A stretch of DNA of 64,000 bases from Promethearchaeia archaeon. GTDB taxonomy: Archaea > Asgardarchaeota > Lokiarchaeia > Sigyniarchaeales > SOKP01. Within the stretch, counting starts at the first letter, position 1, and the number at the start of each line of letters is the position of its first letter. The notes under the pieces are model-generated. The model did no database searches. It saw only the letters and a program-made list of their open reading frames with translations, and was not told where the DNA came from. Shown one piece after another: positions 8,608 to 19,240 of the stretch. Where the stretch lies: positions 1 to 64,000 of the forward strand of contig JAHQWJ010000014.1 of NCBI GenBank assembly GCA_029856125.1, given 5' to 3'. The position numbers and the translations under genes are program-made.

Positions 8608-10608
8608 TTAAACCCTCTTAGTTATCATTGAATGTAATTGTTCAGATGAAAATCCTATTATATCAATTGCGGAGCTTCTACAATTACCCGAGCAAGCACC
8701 ACATCCTTTACAGAGTGCTACATTAACTGAAGCTATCGTTCCAAATCTTCTATCATCAACATATTCAATAGCTCCATACGCGCAATTTTGAATACACATT
8801 CCACAACCAGAACATCGATCAGCATGAATTACGGCAAAAAATGGCTCAATCTCTACTTCTCCTTTCGCCATTAACGCAATTGCGCTAGCAGCTGCTGCTT
8901 TAGCCTGAGCTACGGAATCTGGTATGTCTTTAGGTCCCTGAGAAACCCCCGCTATGAAAATACCTTCGGTTAAAGTATCTACAGGTCTTAGTTTAGGGTG
9001 CGCTTCTAAAAAGAATCCATCGGCTGACTTTTGAATTCTCAAAAGAGTAGTAATAGAGTCTGAGTCCGCTCGAGGCTCGATACCCGTCGAAAGAACAAAT
9101 AATTCAACTTCTACTTCAATGGGTTGTTGGAGCAGCGTATCTTCGGATCGAATAATTATATTGTGATTCAGAGGATTTTCTCTTACTTCAGCAATTCGCC
9201 CTCTTACGTAATTAATACCATAATCCCTTGCTGCGGATTCGTAAAACTCTTCATATCCTTTTCCAAACGCTCGAATATCCATATAAAATATGTAGATATC
9301 CGCTTCTGGATGCTTTTCTTTGTACTGCCTTGCCTGCTTGGTAGCATACATACAGCACACTCGAGAGCAATACTTATTTCCGCCTTCTCTAAAATTTCTG
9401 CTTCCAACGCATTGTAAAAACGCAATACTATGCGGATCTTTAAGGTCTGATGGTTTTACAGGTTTTCCTATAACTGGACCAAACGAACTAAGTAATCGTT
9501 CCATTTGAAGGCCTGTAATGACATTGGGGTATTTCCCGTAGCCATATTGCTTTAGCCCCGACGGATCGTATTCGTCGTATCCTGTCGCTACTATAATGGT
9601 GCCTACTTTAACATTAATATATTCAGGCTTGTCGTCGTAATTTATAGCAAGAGGTTCACATACACTTTCTCTCGCGCAAATTCCGCATAAAACACAGCTG
9701 TCCATGTCGATAGTATATTCGCTTGGAACCGCTTGAGGGAATGGAACGTAAATAGCCTTTCTTGTAGCTAATCCTAATTCAAACTCGTTAGCAACTGATA
9801 TAGGGCATGAATCTACACAAATTCCACACCCGGTGCATTTAACTTGATCTACATAATGAGGCTTTTTTTTAATCGTAACTTCAAAATTGCCTACATATCC
9901 TGTTACTTCTTCTACTTCAGAATACGTCAACAATTCAATATTTTTGTCTCGTGAAATTTCTGACATTTTAGGTGTAAGAATACAAGAAGAACAATCCATA
10001 GTCGGAAAGGTCTTGTCAAGCTGGGCCATATGCCCTCCAATCGTCGCAGATCTTTCCACTAAGTATACTTTGTATCCCGCAGCGCTAAGATTTAAAGCGG
10101 CGTTCATTCCTGTAATCCCAGCACCGATAATTAAACTTGCTGGTTCTACCTTTACTTTTTGTACTGCTAAAGGTGCTAATTCTCTTGCTTTCGCAATTGC
10201 TAACCTTATGTGATCTTTTGCTACTTCATAGGCACCTTCAGTATCTTTCATGTGAACCCACGTAGAGTGTTCTCTAATATTTGCCATCTCAAACAAAAAT
10301 TGATTTAAGCCTGCTTCTTTACAAGCTATTCGAAACGTAGGTTCGTGCATTCTCGGAGAACACGCTGCAACCACAACCCGGTTAATTAGTCCCGCTTCGA
10401 TATCTTCTTTAATCATTTTTTGTCCGACATCTGAACAAAAGAATTTGTATTCCCGACCCACCGTAACATCCGGTAGCGTCTTGGCATACTCAACTAAATC
10501 TGGAACTGAAACTACTCCACCAATATTCACGCCGCAGTGACAAACGTAAACTCCTATCCTTGGTTTTTCGTTTCCCATGATACTGATTTTTTTATCTGAT
10601 TCTGTCAA
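8608..10608 (-). CDS. hdrA: Heterodisulfide reductase subunit A
   Basis: GVYVCHCGVNI, ACSPRMHE, GAGITG, LDKTFPTMDCSSC, QCVGSR, YCSRVCC, C-terminal ferredoxin. Confidence 0.96.
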   Translation of the reverse strand: MTESDKKISIMGNEKPRIGVYVCHCGVNIGGVVSVPDLVEYAKTLPDVTVGREYKFFCSDVGQKMIKEDIEAGLINRVVVAACSPRMHEPTFRIACKEAGLNQFLFEMANIREHSTWVHMKDTEGAYEVAKDHIRLAIAKARELAPLAVQKVKVEPASLIIGAGITGMNAALNLSAAGYKVYLVERSATIGGHMAQLDKTFPTMDCSSCILTPKMSEISRDKNIELLTYSEVEEVTGYVGNFEVTIKKKPHYVDQVKCTGCGICVDSCPISVANEFELGLATRKAIYVPFPQAVPSEYTIDMDSCVLCGICARESVCEPLAINYDDKPEYINVKVGTIIVATGYDEYDPSGLKQYGYGKYPNVITGLQMERLLSSFGPVIGKPVKPSDLKDPHSIAFLQCVGSRNFREGGNKYCSRVCCMYATKQARQYKEKHPEADIYIFYMDIRAFGKGYEEFYESAARDYGINYVRGRIAEVRENPLNHNIIIRSEDTLLQQPIEVEVELFVLSTGIEPRADSDSITTLLRIQKSADGFFLEAHPKLRPVDTLTEGIFIAGVSQGPKDIPDSVAQAKAAAASAIALMAKGEVEIEPFFAVIHADRCSGCGMCIQNCAYGAIEYVDDRRFGTIASVNVALCKGCGACSGNCRSSAIDIIGFSSEQLHSMITKRV

Positions 10609-10621
10609 TTTTTCGATCCTC

Positions 10622-11572
10622 CTAAGTTAACTGGTCTTTTACTTTTTCTAAAAACGGTTCTATAGGGATAAACGGAGTTACTCCTTTTAGGTCGTGATTT
10701 TTTACTAACCCCAAAAGATTAGGATCAATTCCAAAAGATAAGCCTAAAAGCTGAGTAATGTATACTACAGGGATTTTGTATGGTTCTCCAATCATATCTT
10801 TATAAAAGTCATTAGCCTCCATTTGGCCTAAATCTAACTGCAAATGACAGAAGGGGCAGCAATCGATGATTATATCGGCGCCAGCATCCCTCATGTTCTC
10901 TAATTTTTCTCGAGAAAAGTCAGCTGAAACTTCTTTTACTGCCGTTCTTACTGCGCCACCTGCTCCGCAACACATAAGTTTATCATTATAATCGATGCTT
11001 TTTGCTCCTGTAATTTCTACGATTTCATCAAGAAATGTAGGGTCTTCGCATTCGCCACCCCAAGGTCTTTTATCACTTGGTTTTATTATGTGGCATCCAT
11101 AATGCACAGCAACTTTTAAATCCTTAAATTTATGTTTTACAAAACCTCGTAAGTAATCTAAACCCATGTCTTGATATAATACTTGAACGATATGTTTGGG
11201 TTCAATTGAACCCTTAAATTCTCTTCCAACTTTGGCGAGATGTTCATTTACCATTTTCTTTAATTCGGGTTCGTGTTCTAACTCAACCCAGGCGTCTCGA
11301 AGCGTACCATAGCAACCATTACACCCCGTTATAATATCAACTCCCAGTTTTTCTGCTATTGTAATATTTCGAGCCGCAATTACTAACCAAGTAGGAATGT
11401 GGAACGCTCGAAAAACTCCTGGAGCAGGACAACAAGAGGCTCCTTCTAATTCCAAAATTTCAGCACCTAAATGATCAAATACTGCCCTGATAGATGATTC
11501 AATCATGGGATAGCGATTAGGGGCTACGCAACCAAGAAAGAAACCGTATTTCCATTTATTTTCTTCACTCAT
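10622..11572 (-). CDS. hdrB: Heterodisulfide reductase subunit B
   Basis: FLGC, SCCPAPG, CNGC, HYGCH, CCGAGG, CPFCHLQ (two CCG domains). Confidence 0.95.
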   Translation of the reverse strand: MSEENKWKYGFFLGCVAPNRYPMIESSIRAVFDHLGAEILELEGASCCPAPGVFRAFHIPTWLVIAARNITIAEKLGVDIITGCNGCYGTLRDAWVELEHEPELKKMVNEHLAKVGREFKGSIEPKHIVQVLYQDMGLDYLRGFVKHKFKDLKVAVHYGCHIIKPSDKRPWGGECEDPTFLDEIVEITGAKSIDYNDKLMCCGAGGAVRTAVKEVSADFSREKLENMRDAGADIIIDCCPFCHLQLDLGQMEANDFYKDMIGEPYKIPVVYITQLLGLSFGIDPNLLGLVKNHDLKGVTPFIPIEPFLEKVKDQLT

Positions 11573-11586
11573 TATTATATATCACC

Positions 11587-12195
11587 TTATTTTTCCTCTT
11601 CTTTGTCTTTTTCAGCCTCAGCTTTTTCTTTTTCCTTTATTTTTTCGATTTTATCCAACAAATCTCTAAAACCAACAGACTTCATTAATTCTTGACATTC
11701 TTTGACAGCTTCAGGATGCGTGTGAACGGTTGGAGGTAATGGGGGTAATCCATAGGATTCGCGTAAATCTCGCCATTTTTTATTTGCTTCTCCATTGGCA
11801 GGTACTCCATGGCCTGTTTCGTAAAATATTTTATTAGCTAACCCAAAATGAGCGTCTAAAATATGTCCTTCTTCAACAGCGATATTTCTTAGCTTAATAA
11901 TCATATCAGTTACTGGAATGTCTCGCGGACATCGCTCATAACAAGTATAGCATGTACTACAAAGCCAAATATCGATATCTTCTAAAACAGATTCATCGCC
12001 TGTTAAAGCTCGACGAAGAATCGAGCGCGTTCTAATTGCTGTACGCCTACCCGATGGACAAGACCCTGTACATGTCCCACAATTAATACACGCTCTAAGC
12101 TTCTCTAAACCGGCGTCAACAAATTTTTGAGTAATACTTGAGCCCGTGGACTTATAAACCTTTCTTTTTATGTATTTTTCTACATTTTCGCTCAT
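11587..12195 (-). CDS. hdrC: Heterodisulfide reductase subunit C
   Basis: CINCGTCTGSCP and IWLCSTCYTCYERCPR. Confidence 0.95.
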   Translation of the reverse strand: MSENVEKYIKRKVYKSTGSSITQKFVDAGLEKLRACINCGTCTGSCPSGRRTAIRTRSILRRALTGDESVLEDIDIWLCSTCYTCYERCPRDIPVTDMIIKLRNIAVEEGHILDAHFGLANKIFYETGHGVPANGEANKKWRDLRESYGLPPLPPTVHTHPEAVKECQELMKSVGFRDLLDKIEKIKEKEKAEAEKDKEEEK

Positions 12196-12263
12196 AATTA
12201 ATTCAAATCCCCATTTTTAATTAGATTTACTAAATGGTAAAAAACTAAGTCTTCACATAAACG

Positions 12264-12288
12264 TGTTTGATCAAACAAATCAATTGAT
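12264..12288. promoter_or_regulatory. Tandem palindromes upstream of hdrC (candidate operator)
   Basis: Perfect 14-bp TGTTTGATCAAACA (12264-12277) and 10-bp ATCAATTGAT (12279-12288), about 70-95 nt before the hdrC start. Confidence 0.3.
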
Positions 12289-12508
12289 AATCTTATAGTT
12301 GAAAAAGAACTTTTCTTAAAAAAATTTATTATGATAAATAAATAACCAAATTCCTAATATTGACTATATCATATATCGAATATTTTTATAAGGAATTTAA
12401 TTAGAAATATCAAATTAAGGAACAAATTTTTATTAAAATTAGAGTACAGACATGCAATTCCGATTTGAAAGAATTGTTAAGGATGCATAAACAAAAAAAA
12501 TAGATTTT

Positions 12509-12847
12509 TTATTTAGAAACCAATTTTCTGCCACATTCTGGACAGAACTTTAAAGATTCTTCTCCAGACTTAAATCCACAATTAGAACATATTGCATGAA
12601 CGATAATAGGGGATTGTTCTTTCATTGATCTAGGCTCACTTTCCTCTCTCTCTTTAACTAAAGGAGGGCCAAATATAGAATTACCTTTATTTACGCGTTT
12701 ATAAAAAAAGTAACCTAATATCATTATTAAACCCCCTACTAATGCATACTCGTGCAAAAACAAGAAAGTTCCATATCCAAATATGGAATAAATCGACAGA
12801 CCTAAAGAGACACTAACAACTAACCATGAAAAAGAAAGAAGTTTCAT
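12509..12847 (-). CDS. Membrane protein with C-terminal zinc ribbon
   Basis: Two hydrophobic helices; CSNCG...FCPECG. Confidence 0.7.
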   Translation of the reverse strand: MKLLSFSWLVVSVSLGLSIYSIFGYGTFLFLHEYALVGGLIMILGYFFYKRVNKGNSIFGPPLVKEREESEPRSMKEQSPIIVHAICSNCGFKSGEESLKFCPECGRKLVSK

Positions 12848-13013
12848 CTTTTCTTCAATTAAAGTCGTAAAAAGGTAGGATAAGCTTCCATTTATATTTA
12901 ATTAAAAAGAAGAAAGATAAGTTAATTTATAATTTCAGCCGTTTTCTGAGAATATTTAATGATCAAATTTAATAAAATAGAGAAAATTGACAATTTTGAA
13001 GAAATTTGATTAC

Positions 13014-13250
13014 TTATTTATTATCTTTAGCAAGTTCTTTTAAAAATTCTATTTGCTTTTCTTCTGGTAAAAAGGCTAATTCTTTCTTAATTTCCTTTAG
13101 CTCGTCTTTAGAAAGGTTTAGCTTCATTAATTCTTCTTTAACTTCTTTGGATAGTACTGTAAAGATTCTATAGAAATATTTTTTCACAACTTCTAATTTC
13201 TCAAATCCTCCATTATTTTCATCGCTACTTATCATGCTCACCAAATGCAC
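13014..13250 (-). CDS. Small helical hypothetical protein
   Basis: 78-aa ORF, charged amphipathic helices. Confidence 0.45.
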   Translation of the reverse strand: MHLVSMISSDENNGGFEKLEVVKKYFYRIFTVLSKEVKEELMKLNLSKDELKEIKKELAFLPEEKQIEFLKELAKDNK

Positions 13251-13331
13251 ATTTAATGTGATGTTAAAATTTCATGTATTGTCTAATTAAGAAATGAAAT
13301 GAGCGTTATTAAAAAATGTGGAGTCCATATT

Positions 13332-16202
13332 TTAGTCTTCAATAATAGGCAACGAAAAGAAAAAAGTACTTCCTTTATTTCTACCTTCTGATTCCACCCA
13401 AATTTTACCGTCGTGAAGCGTCATTAATTCTTTTGAGATATACAATCCTAATCCGGTTCCTTCGATGTCTACATCCCAGCCTTGGCCATATCTTTCGATT
13501 TTCCCAAATTGCGTGAATAGTTGGCCAATTTCTTTCTGAGTTAATCCAATACCCGTATCTTTTATCGAAATGATGTATTGACTGTCTTCTTTAGTAGAGT
13601 CGATTGTGATATGGCCACCCACAGGAGTGTATTTGATAGCATTTATCAACAAATTCGTAATCACTCTGTATATTTTTTCTTTATCGAATTCCGTAAAAAG
13701 ATTGTCCTGAGTATTTACTTCAATAACATGTTTTCTTAATTCAGTATTTCCTCGAAGTTGTTTAACGCAATCATTTATTAGATCGGTAAGATTATCTTTT
13801 ACTTTATGTATTTTTAGTAAACCTTGGTCTAACTGCGAGCTTTCTACAAGTAAATTAATATAATCCTCAAGGCGTTTACTTCCGTCTTTAATTTCTTCCA
13901 AAATTGAAATAACATCCTCATCTAACTTTTCTGAATGTAAATTTATTAATAAATCAGTAAATCCCTTAATGGAAATTAACGGCGTTTTTAATTCGTGGGA
14001 TGTTCGGGAAAAGAGATCGCTTTTTAATTTATTGATTTCGCTCAACATTCTGTTTTGTTCTTCTAGATGTTGTTGAGACTTCCATCTTCTTTGCTCTATT
14101 TCAAGAGCATCGCAAATTAAGAATAGTACCAACTTGTTTTGGTTAGAAATCGTAGGGTTTTCGGTAAACAAGACAACTAACAAATCGTTTAAATCGTTCC
14201 CAGACATTATTAATTTACCGTAGCAAGCTTTAATTTGTTGATCCATAATGAAACTATCTGTTTTAGCATATTCCGTTTTATCGATGTCATAAAATTCTTG
14301 AGTAAAATCGTGGTTTTCTACAAAGAATTGACTTACAAATAAATTTTTCTTAAACTCTTCTGAGGAATATAATTTCACATCCCCTTTATGAGACATTACT
14401 CTGTATTGTTCTTCTTCTTCATCTTCACGAATAATTTTATTGATATACAAAACAACATCGCCATCAAGTAATTTTAGGCAAGTTTTTAGCAATAATTCAA
14501 TGTTTTGTTGAGTATCCGTCGTGTAGTTTAAAAAGTTTATATTTAGCTCATAGATTAATTCTTCGTAAATCTTTTTCTCAGTTACGTCCTCTAACCACAG
14601 TCGAAAACTTATCAAATTGCCTTTCTCGTCGTGTTGGTTTAATCTTTTACCCTGTAACCATTTCATCTTACCATCATTGGTAATAACTCTAAACTCTATC
14701 TCCTTTCCTTCTTCAGAATTTAATAATCTTAGCAAGTCGTCAGGATGGATAATTTCATTCATTAACTTTTTATTAACAATTTTGATATCTTGATAGCCAA
14801 TGAATTCTAACAATCGAGGGTTAAGGTAGGAGATGCTATTCTTTTTTAGTTCAATTTCTAGAACTCCAATTGTTGACGTCTCTAATAAATCCCTAAGTTT
14901 TTCCTCTGAATCCTTAATTTTTTGTTCAGAAAACACTTTTTCGGTTATATCGTCTACAGTAAATATTATATTCTCTATCTTCCCGTTGGTTCCAATAAGA
15001 GGAGTGCCGTTAATTGAAAGGAGGATGTTCTCATCCTTAGCTAAGTTAAAGGTTGCGTGATAATCAAATAATGGTTTTTTCGTTTGCATAATAATTTGAA
15101 ATGGAAGCTCGTGTTTTGGTATGGAATTACCTTCTGAGTCTATAAGCTTGAACTTTGATGCGATAAAGGACTTTTTTAATAATTCTTCTTTAGGATAATG
15201 TAAAACTTTCTCAGCTTGTGAATTTACGTAAATAATTTGTCCACTTGTATCTATAGATAAAATACCAGCGGGATTTGTTTCCATGATCCGTTCCAGTCTT
15301 TCGTGTTGGCGACGTAAGTTTTCTTCAGCATTTTTTCGTTCTGTTATATCTTCAAATGTTATTAGAAGTCCTGCTACTTTCCCATCAGAATTCAGCAACG
15401 GGATTCTATTCACATCGATCCAGATTTTTTGTTCATTTCTACGAATCCAATATTCATCTTTATGAAAAACTGCTTGATTTGATTCGATAACTTTCTTCTC
15501 CTGTTGTTTATTAAACTCAATCTGTTTACTATCCCAGAGCAATTCTTCGTCCTTTTTGGCTATAATATTTTCGGGGTGGTCAATTCCTATCAAATTTGCA
15601 TAATTGTCATTACACCCTAAATAACTTAAATCAATATCTTTCCAGATAATGTATTGTGGAATATTTTCCATAACCATTTGGAGCATTTCGTATGAACTTT
15701 GGAGGGCTTCTTCGTATTTCTTCGGATTGAACAATTTCCAAAATCGTATTTCAGGAATGGTTTCAGTAATTTTTTTAAAACGGTCCTCTGTATCCCTGAG
15801 GTTTACTTCGATTTTCTTTTGCTTTGAGATATCTTTTAGAATTACTAAGATCTTATCGATCTTGTTCTCGTCAGTAAATTTTTTTGCTTTAATTTCTGCC
15901 CAAATAATTTCGCCCTTCTTTGATAGTAACCTTATTTCTTGGAAATGACCAAATGTTTCAACACCTTTTTTAAAAAACTTAGAAACTTTTTTGATATCCT
16001 CAGAAAAAAAAATTGTTAAAAAGGGCTTACCTGTTATGTCATTTTCAGAATACTCAAGCTTGTCTAATAAAGGGCATTGGTTAATGAGTTCTATGTCGAA
16101 ATCTTTATTTTGATTAATAACAACAACCAGATCGTTTACAATTTCCATGAAAATTTGAAATTGAGTTTTGATGTTGCCTTGTTTGTTGTCGTCAGAAATC
16201 AT
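13332..16202 (-). CDS. Multi-PAS sensor histidine kinase (cytoplasmic)
   Basis: Repeated PAS/PAC ends (DISKQK, DITERK, DITEK, DVTEKK); SHELKTPL H-box; NAIKY, DTGIG, GTGLGL. Confidence 0.93.
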   Translation of the reverse strand: MISDDNKQGNIKTQFQIFMEIVNDLVVVINQNKDFDIELINQCPLLDKLEYSENDITGKPFLTIFFSEDIKKVSKFFKKGVETFGHFQEIRLLSKKGEIIWAEIKAKKFTDENKIDKILVILKDISKQKKIEVNLRDTEDRFKKITETIPEIRFWKLFNPKKYEEALQSSYEMLQMVMENIPQYIIWKDIDLSYLGCNDNYANLIGIDHPENIIAKKDEELLWDSKQIEFNKQQEKKVIESNQAVFHKDEYWIRRNEQKIWIDVNRIPLLNSDGKVAGLLITFEDITERKNAEENLRRQHERLERIMETNPAGILSIDTSGQIIYVNSQAEKVLHYPKEELLKKSFIASKFKLIDSEGNSIPKHELPFQIIMQTKKPLFDYHATFNLAKDENILLSINGTPLIGTNGKIENIIFTVDDITEKVFSEQKIKDSEEKLRDLLETSTIGVLEIELKKNSISYLNPRLLEFIGYQDIKIVNKKLMNEIIHPDDLLRLLNSEEGKEIEFRVITNDGKMKWLQGKRLNQHDEKGNLISFRLWLEDVTEKKIYEELIYELNINFLNYTTDTQQNIELLLKTCLKLLDGDVVLYINKIIREDEEEEQYRVMSHKGDVKLYSSEEFKKNLFVSQFFVENHDFTQEFYDIDKTEYAKTDSFIMDQQIKACYGKLIMSGNDLNDLLVVLFTENPTISNQNKLVLFLICDALEIEQRRWKSQQHLEEQNRMLSEINKLKSDLFSRTSHELKTPLISIKGFTDLLINLHSEKLDEDVISILEEIKDGSKRLEDYINLLVESSQLDQGLLKIHKVKDNLTDLINDCVKQLRGNTELRKHVIEVNTQDNLFTEFDKEKIYRVITNLLINAIKYTPVGGHITIDSTKEDSQYIISIKDTGIGLTQKEIGQLFTQFGKIERYGQGWDVDIEGTGLGLYISKELMTLHDGKIWVESEGRNKGSTFFFSLPIIED

Positions 16203-16469
16203 ATTCTTGCATCCTTAGTTAAAACTAATTTTTTTTTTCCTAACCTTCGTGTTACTCCTAATTAAACAAGTAAAGAAACTTTTATTTATATATAAGTATA
16301 ATTTTCCAACGATATCAGTAATGGGATAGGCTTAAGATCATGGAAAGAATCTTATATCTTAATAGCACTAAAATTTTATTCTTACAAAAATTATTAGATG
16401 ATAACAGATTATCAAAATTTATAACAATTGGGAAGTTTCCAAAATAATATAGGAGTGTGTTAAGAATCT

Positions 16470-17309
16470 ATGGAAGGTTTTATAAATTGTTTGTCGTGTG
16501 GTAAGAAATTAGGTCCAAAATCTAAGCATAACCATGGACAATGCACAGAATGCCTTTTGAAACTAGAATTTAAAACAGAAGATACAGATCTTGAATTCAT
16601 TCAAAAATATCTGCAAGGAATATTAGATTTCTTTGTATCTGACGTAAGCGCAGCGTTTAATAAAGATCCTGCCGCTCATACTTTGATTGAAGTTTTAACT
16701 AGTTATCCCGGAATAAAAGCTGTATTGTTGTATCGTATTGCTCACTTTTTTTGGAAATTAAACGTTCCATATATTCCAAGATATATATCGGATATTGCTA
16801 GAGAGTTAACAGCAATAGATATACATCCAGGAGCTGAAATTGGGTCCGAATTTTTTATAGATCACGGAGCGGGAGTTGTAATTGGTGAAACCGCGGAAGT
16901 TGGCAATAACGTGACGTTTTACGCCGGAGTAGTCTTAGGGGGTACTAATTTAGAACAAACTAAGAGGCATCCCACTTTAGGAGATAATATAGTTGTTGGT
17001 ACTGGAGCCAAAATTTTAGGACCCATCAAAATCGGTGATAACGTAAGAGTGGGCGCTAATTCTGTAGTAGTACACGATGTTCCTCCAAATTGCGTCGTAG
17101 TTGGGGTTCCTGCAAAAGTAGTATCAAAGAAAGGTGATAAAATAGATAAGATAGATCTACGACACGGAGATCTCCCAGATCCTATTTCAATTGCTATTGA
17201 AATGCTAGATAAACGACTTAAAGAGATCGAGAACCAATTCCCAAATATCAAAAAACCGAGTAAAGACGAATTAGAAATATTTTACGGCGAATACGGTGAA
17301 GGAATTTAA
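16470..17309 (+). CDS. cysE: Serine O-acetyltransferase with N-terminal CxxC...CxxC extension
   Basis: DPAA, YPG, IDIHPGA, FIDHG, VIGETA, KRHPT hexapeptide repeats; next to cysK. Confidence 0.94.
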   Translation: MEGFINCLSCGKKLGPKSKHNHGQCTECLLKLEFKTEDTDLEFIQKYLQGILDFFVSDVSAAFNKDPAAHTLIEVLTSYPGIKAVLLYRIAHFFWKLNVPYIPRYISDIARELTAIDIHPGAEIGSEFFIDHGAGVVIGETAEVGNNVTFYAGVVLGGTNLEQTKRHPTLGDNIVVGTGAKILGPIKIGDNVRVGANSVVVHDVPPNCVVVGVPAKVVSKKGDKIDKIDLRHGDLPDPISIAIEMLDKRLKEIENQFPNIKKPSKDELEIFYGEYGEGI

Positions 17310-17354
17310 TCCTGAGGGCTTTTTTCAAAATAAATAAATAAAAAAGTGAAAGTT

Positions 17355-18284
17355 ATGGCTAATTATTATAGTAGTATTATAGAAACAATAGGAAAGACTC
17401 CATTAGTAAAGCTTAATCGAATTACCAAAGACGTTAAACCAAATATCTTTGTTAAGTTAGAATCTTTTAACCCTGGTGGTAGCGTTAAAGACAGAATTGG
17501 TATGAACATGATCCTTAAAGCGGAAGAGGAAGGTATAATTGATAGCGACACTATTATCGTTGAGCCCACGTCGGGAAATACAGGGATCGGTCTTGCGATT
17601 ACATGTGCTGCAAAAGGCTATAAATTAATCCTTACGATGCCTGAAAGCGTTACTGTCGAAAGAAAGCAAATTCTTCTTGCGTATGGTGCTGAAGTTGTTC
17701 TCACACCAAAAGAGGGAGGGATGAAAGGTTCCATAAAGAAAGCAGAAGAAATCGCAAGAGAGAGGGGAAAGGTGCATATACCTCAACAATTTAGAAATTT
17801 AGCTAATCCAGATATCCACAGGAGAACAACGGCTAAAGAAATATTTAACGACTTAGATGGTCAAGTCGATGGATTTGTTGCTGGAGTTGGAACGGGAGGA
17901 ACTATAACTGGTGTAGGAGAAATATTAAAAGATAGAGTAGGAGCAAGGTTCAGAGTTTATGCTGTGGAACCTAAAGATTCTGCGGTTTTATCAGGAGGAG
18001 AACCAGGACCACATAAAATTCAAGGCATAGGTGCGGGATTTGTACCAGAAGTGCTAAACACCGAAATATACGATAAAATTATTATTGTAGCCTACGAGGA
18101 TGCTGTCGCAACAGCAAGAAAATTAGCTAAATTAGAAGGTATATTCGTTGGTATCTCTGCGGGAGCCTGTGCGTGGGCAACTATTTACGAGGCCTCAAAA
18201 GATTTCGAAGAAGGAGATAACCTTGTAGCTTTACTACCTGACGGTGGGGAAAAATATCTCTCAACTGAATTATTTCGTTTTTAA
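17355..18284 (+). CDS. cysK: Cysteine synthase A
   Basis: NPGGSVKDR PLP lysine, TSGNTG, GTGGT, HKIQGIGAGF. Confidence 0.96.
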   Translation: MANYYSSIIETIGKTPLVKLNRITKDVKPNIFVKLESFNPGGSVKDRIGMNMILKAEEEGIIDSDTIIVEPTSGNTGIGLAITCAAKGYKLILTMPESVTVERKQILLAYGAEVVLTPKEGGMKGSIKKAEEIARERGKVHIPQQFRNLANPDIHRRTTAKEIFNDLDGQVDGFVAGVGTGGTITGVGEILKDRVGARFRVYAVEPKDSAVLSGGEPGPHKIQGIGAGFVPEVLNTEIYDKIIIVAYEDAVATARKLAKLEGIFVGISAGACAWATIYEASKDFEEGDNLVALLPDGGEKYLSTELFRF

Positions 18285-18297
18285 GTAGGAATAAAAT

Positions 18298-19194
18298 TTA
18301 TTCGATTTTTATTGTATCTAATAACATTATATCGTAAATTTTCTTCCAATATTCTTCAATGTTCCAATTAGTTTTGTTTTTAATTTTTTCAGATAGATCA
18401 ATAAAAATCTCTTTTATTTCTAACGTGTGAAAATAGTTAATTGACGGTGCTATAACCGCAATCATATATTGTTTTTCTCCAAATCTTTCTTTTTTGTCAA
18501 GATAAGAATCAAAAAAGAGATAGCCACGACTTTTTAGATTTTTTATGTCTAATAAAACACCCTCTGCCTTTGTAATCTTATCGTGACCATAAATTGAAGT
18601 CGCTACCGTAAACAATTGATTTACTATGTCATTTAAGGGAATTGGAAATATTTTTTCCTCAGGAAAATATTGATGTAATTCTGGACCGAATTTATCGTCC
18701 CAAAATGCTAAAAATAAACAGATAAAATATTCTCGTTGACCTTCAATAGGACTTTTCATTATTGTATTCGAAGTTGAAAATGATTCTTCAATTTTGGTGT
18801 TTAATGCGTTTATTCTTTTATTACGAGCAATTCTACCTAATAATATTGCGAGTAAGTCTTTCTCGTTAAATGGTTTAGTTAAATAAGCGTCTACACCAAG
18901 TAATTTCCCAAATCTTATATCTTTAGGGGTGGTACGGGCTGAAAGAAATAGGAATGGAATCCTATTCCAAAGTGGATTGTTCGAAATTTTTCTAAAAAAT
19001 TCGTAACCATCCATTTCAGGCATCATAATATCGCTTATAATAACTTCAGGAATTTCTTCGAGGTTAGAGAGGATTTCTAGAGCTTCTTTTCCATTTTTCG
19101 CAGTGATAGGTCTATAATTGTTAGATTCTAGTAATAAATTTAAGTTATACAACAAATCAACATTATCTTCAACTACAAGTATAAAAGGTTTCAA
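18298..19194 (-). CDS. Response regulator: receiver domain fused to longin/uDENN-like domain
   Basis: VVEDN, ISDIMMPEMDG, LSA, YLTKPF; C-terminal LFLAFWDDKFGPELHQYFP. Confidence 0.85.
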   Translation of the reverse strand: MKPFILVVEDNVDLLYNLNLLLESNNYRPITAKNGKEALEILSNLEEIPEVIISDIMMPEMDGYEFFRKISNNPLWNRIPFLFLSARTTPKDIRFGKLLGVDAYLTKPFNEKDLLAILLGRIARNKRINALNTKIEESFSTSNTIMKSPIEGQREYFICLFLAFWDDKFGPELHQYFPEEKIFPIPLNDIVNQLFTVATSIYGHDKITKAEGVLLDIKNLKSRGYLFFDSYLDKKERFGEKQYMIAVIAPSINYFHTLEIKEIFIDLSEKIKNKTNWNIEEYWKKIYDIMLLDTIKIE

Positions 19195-19240
19195 ATCGAA
19201 TCTAACTGAATTTTTTTTTCTTTTACATTAGAAGTAGGGA

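Noticed and set aside
5218-12195. Selenocysteine recoding in hdrA/mvhD
   Set aside because: The ORFs are full length with Cys at the relevant motifs; there is no in-frame TGA and no convincing SECIS.
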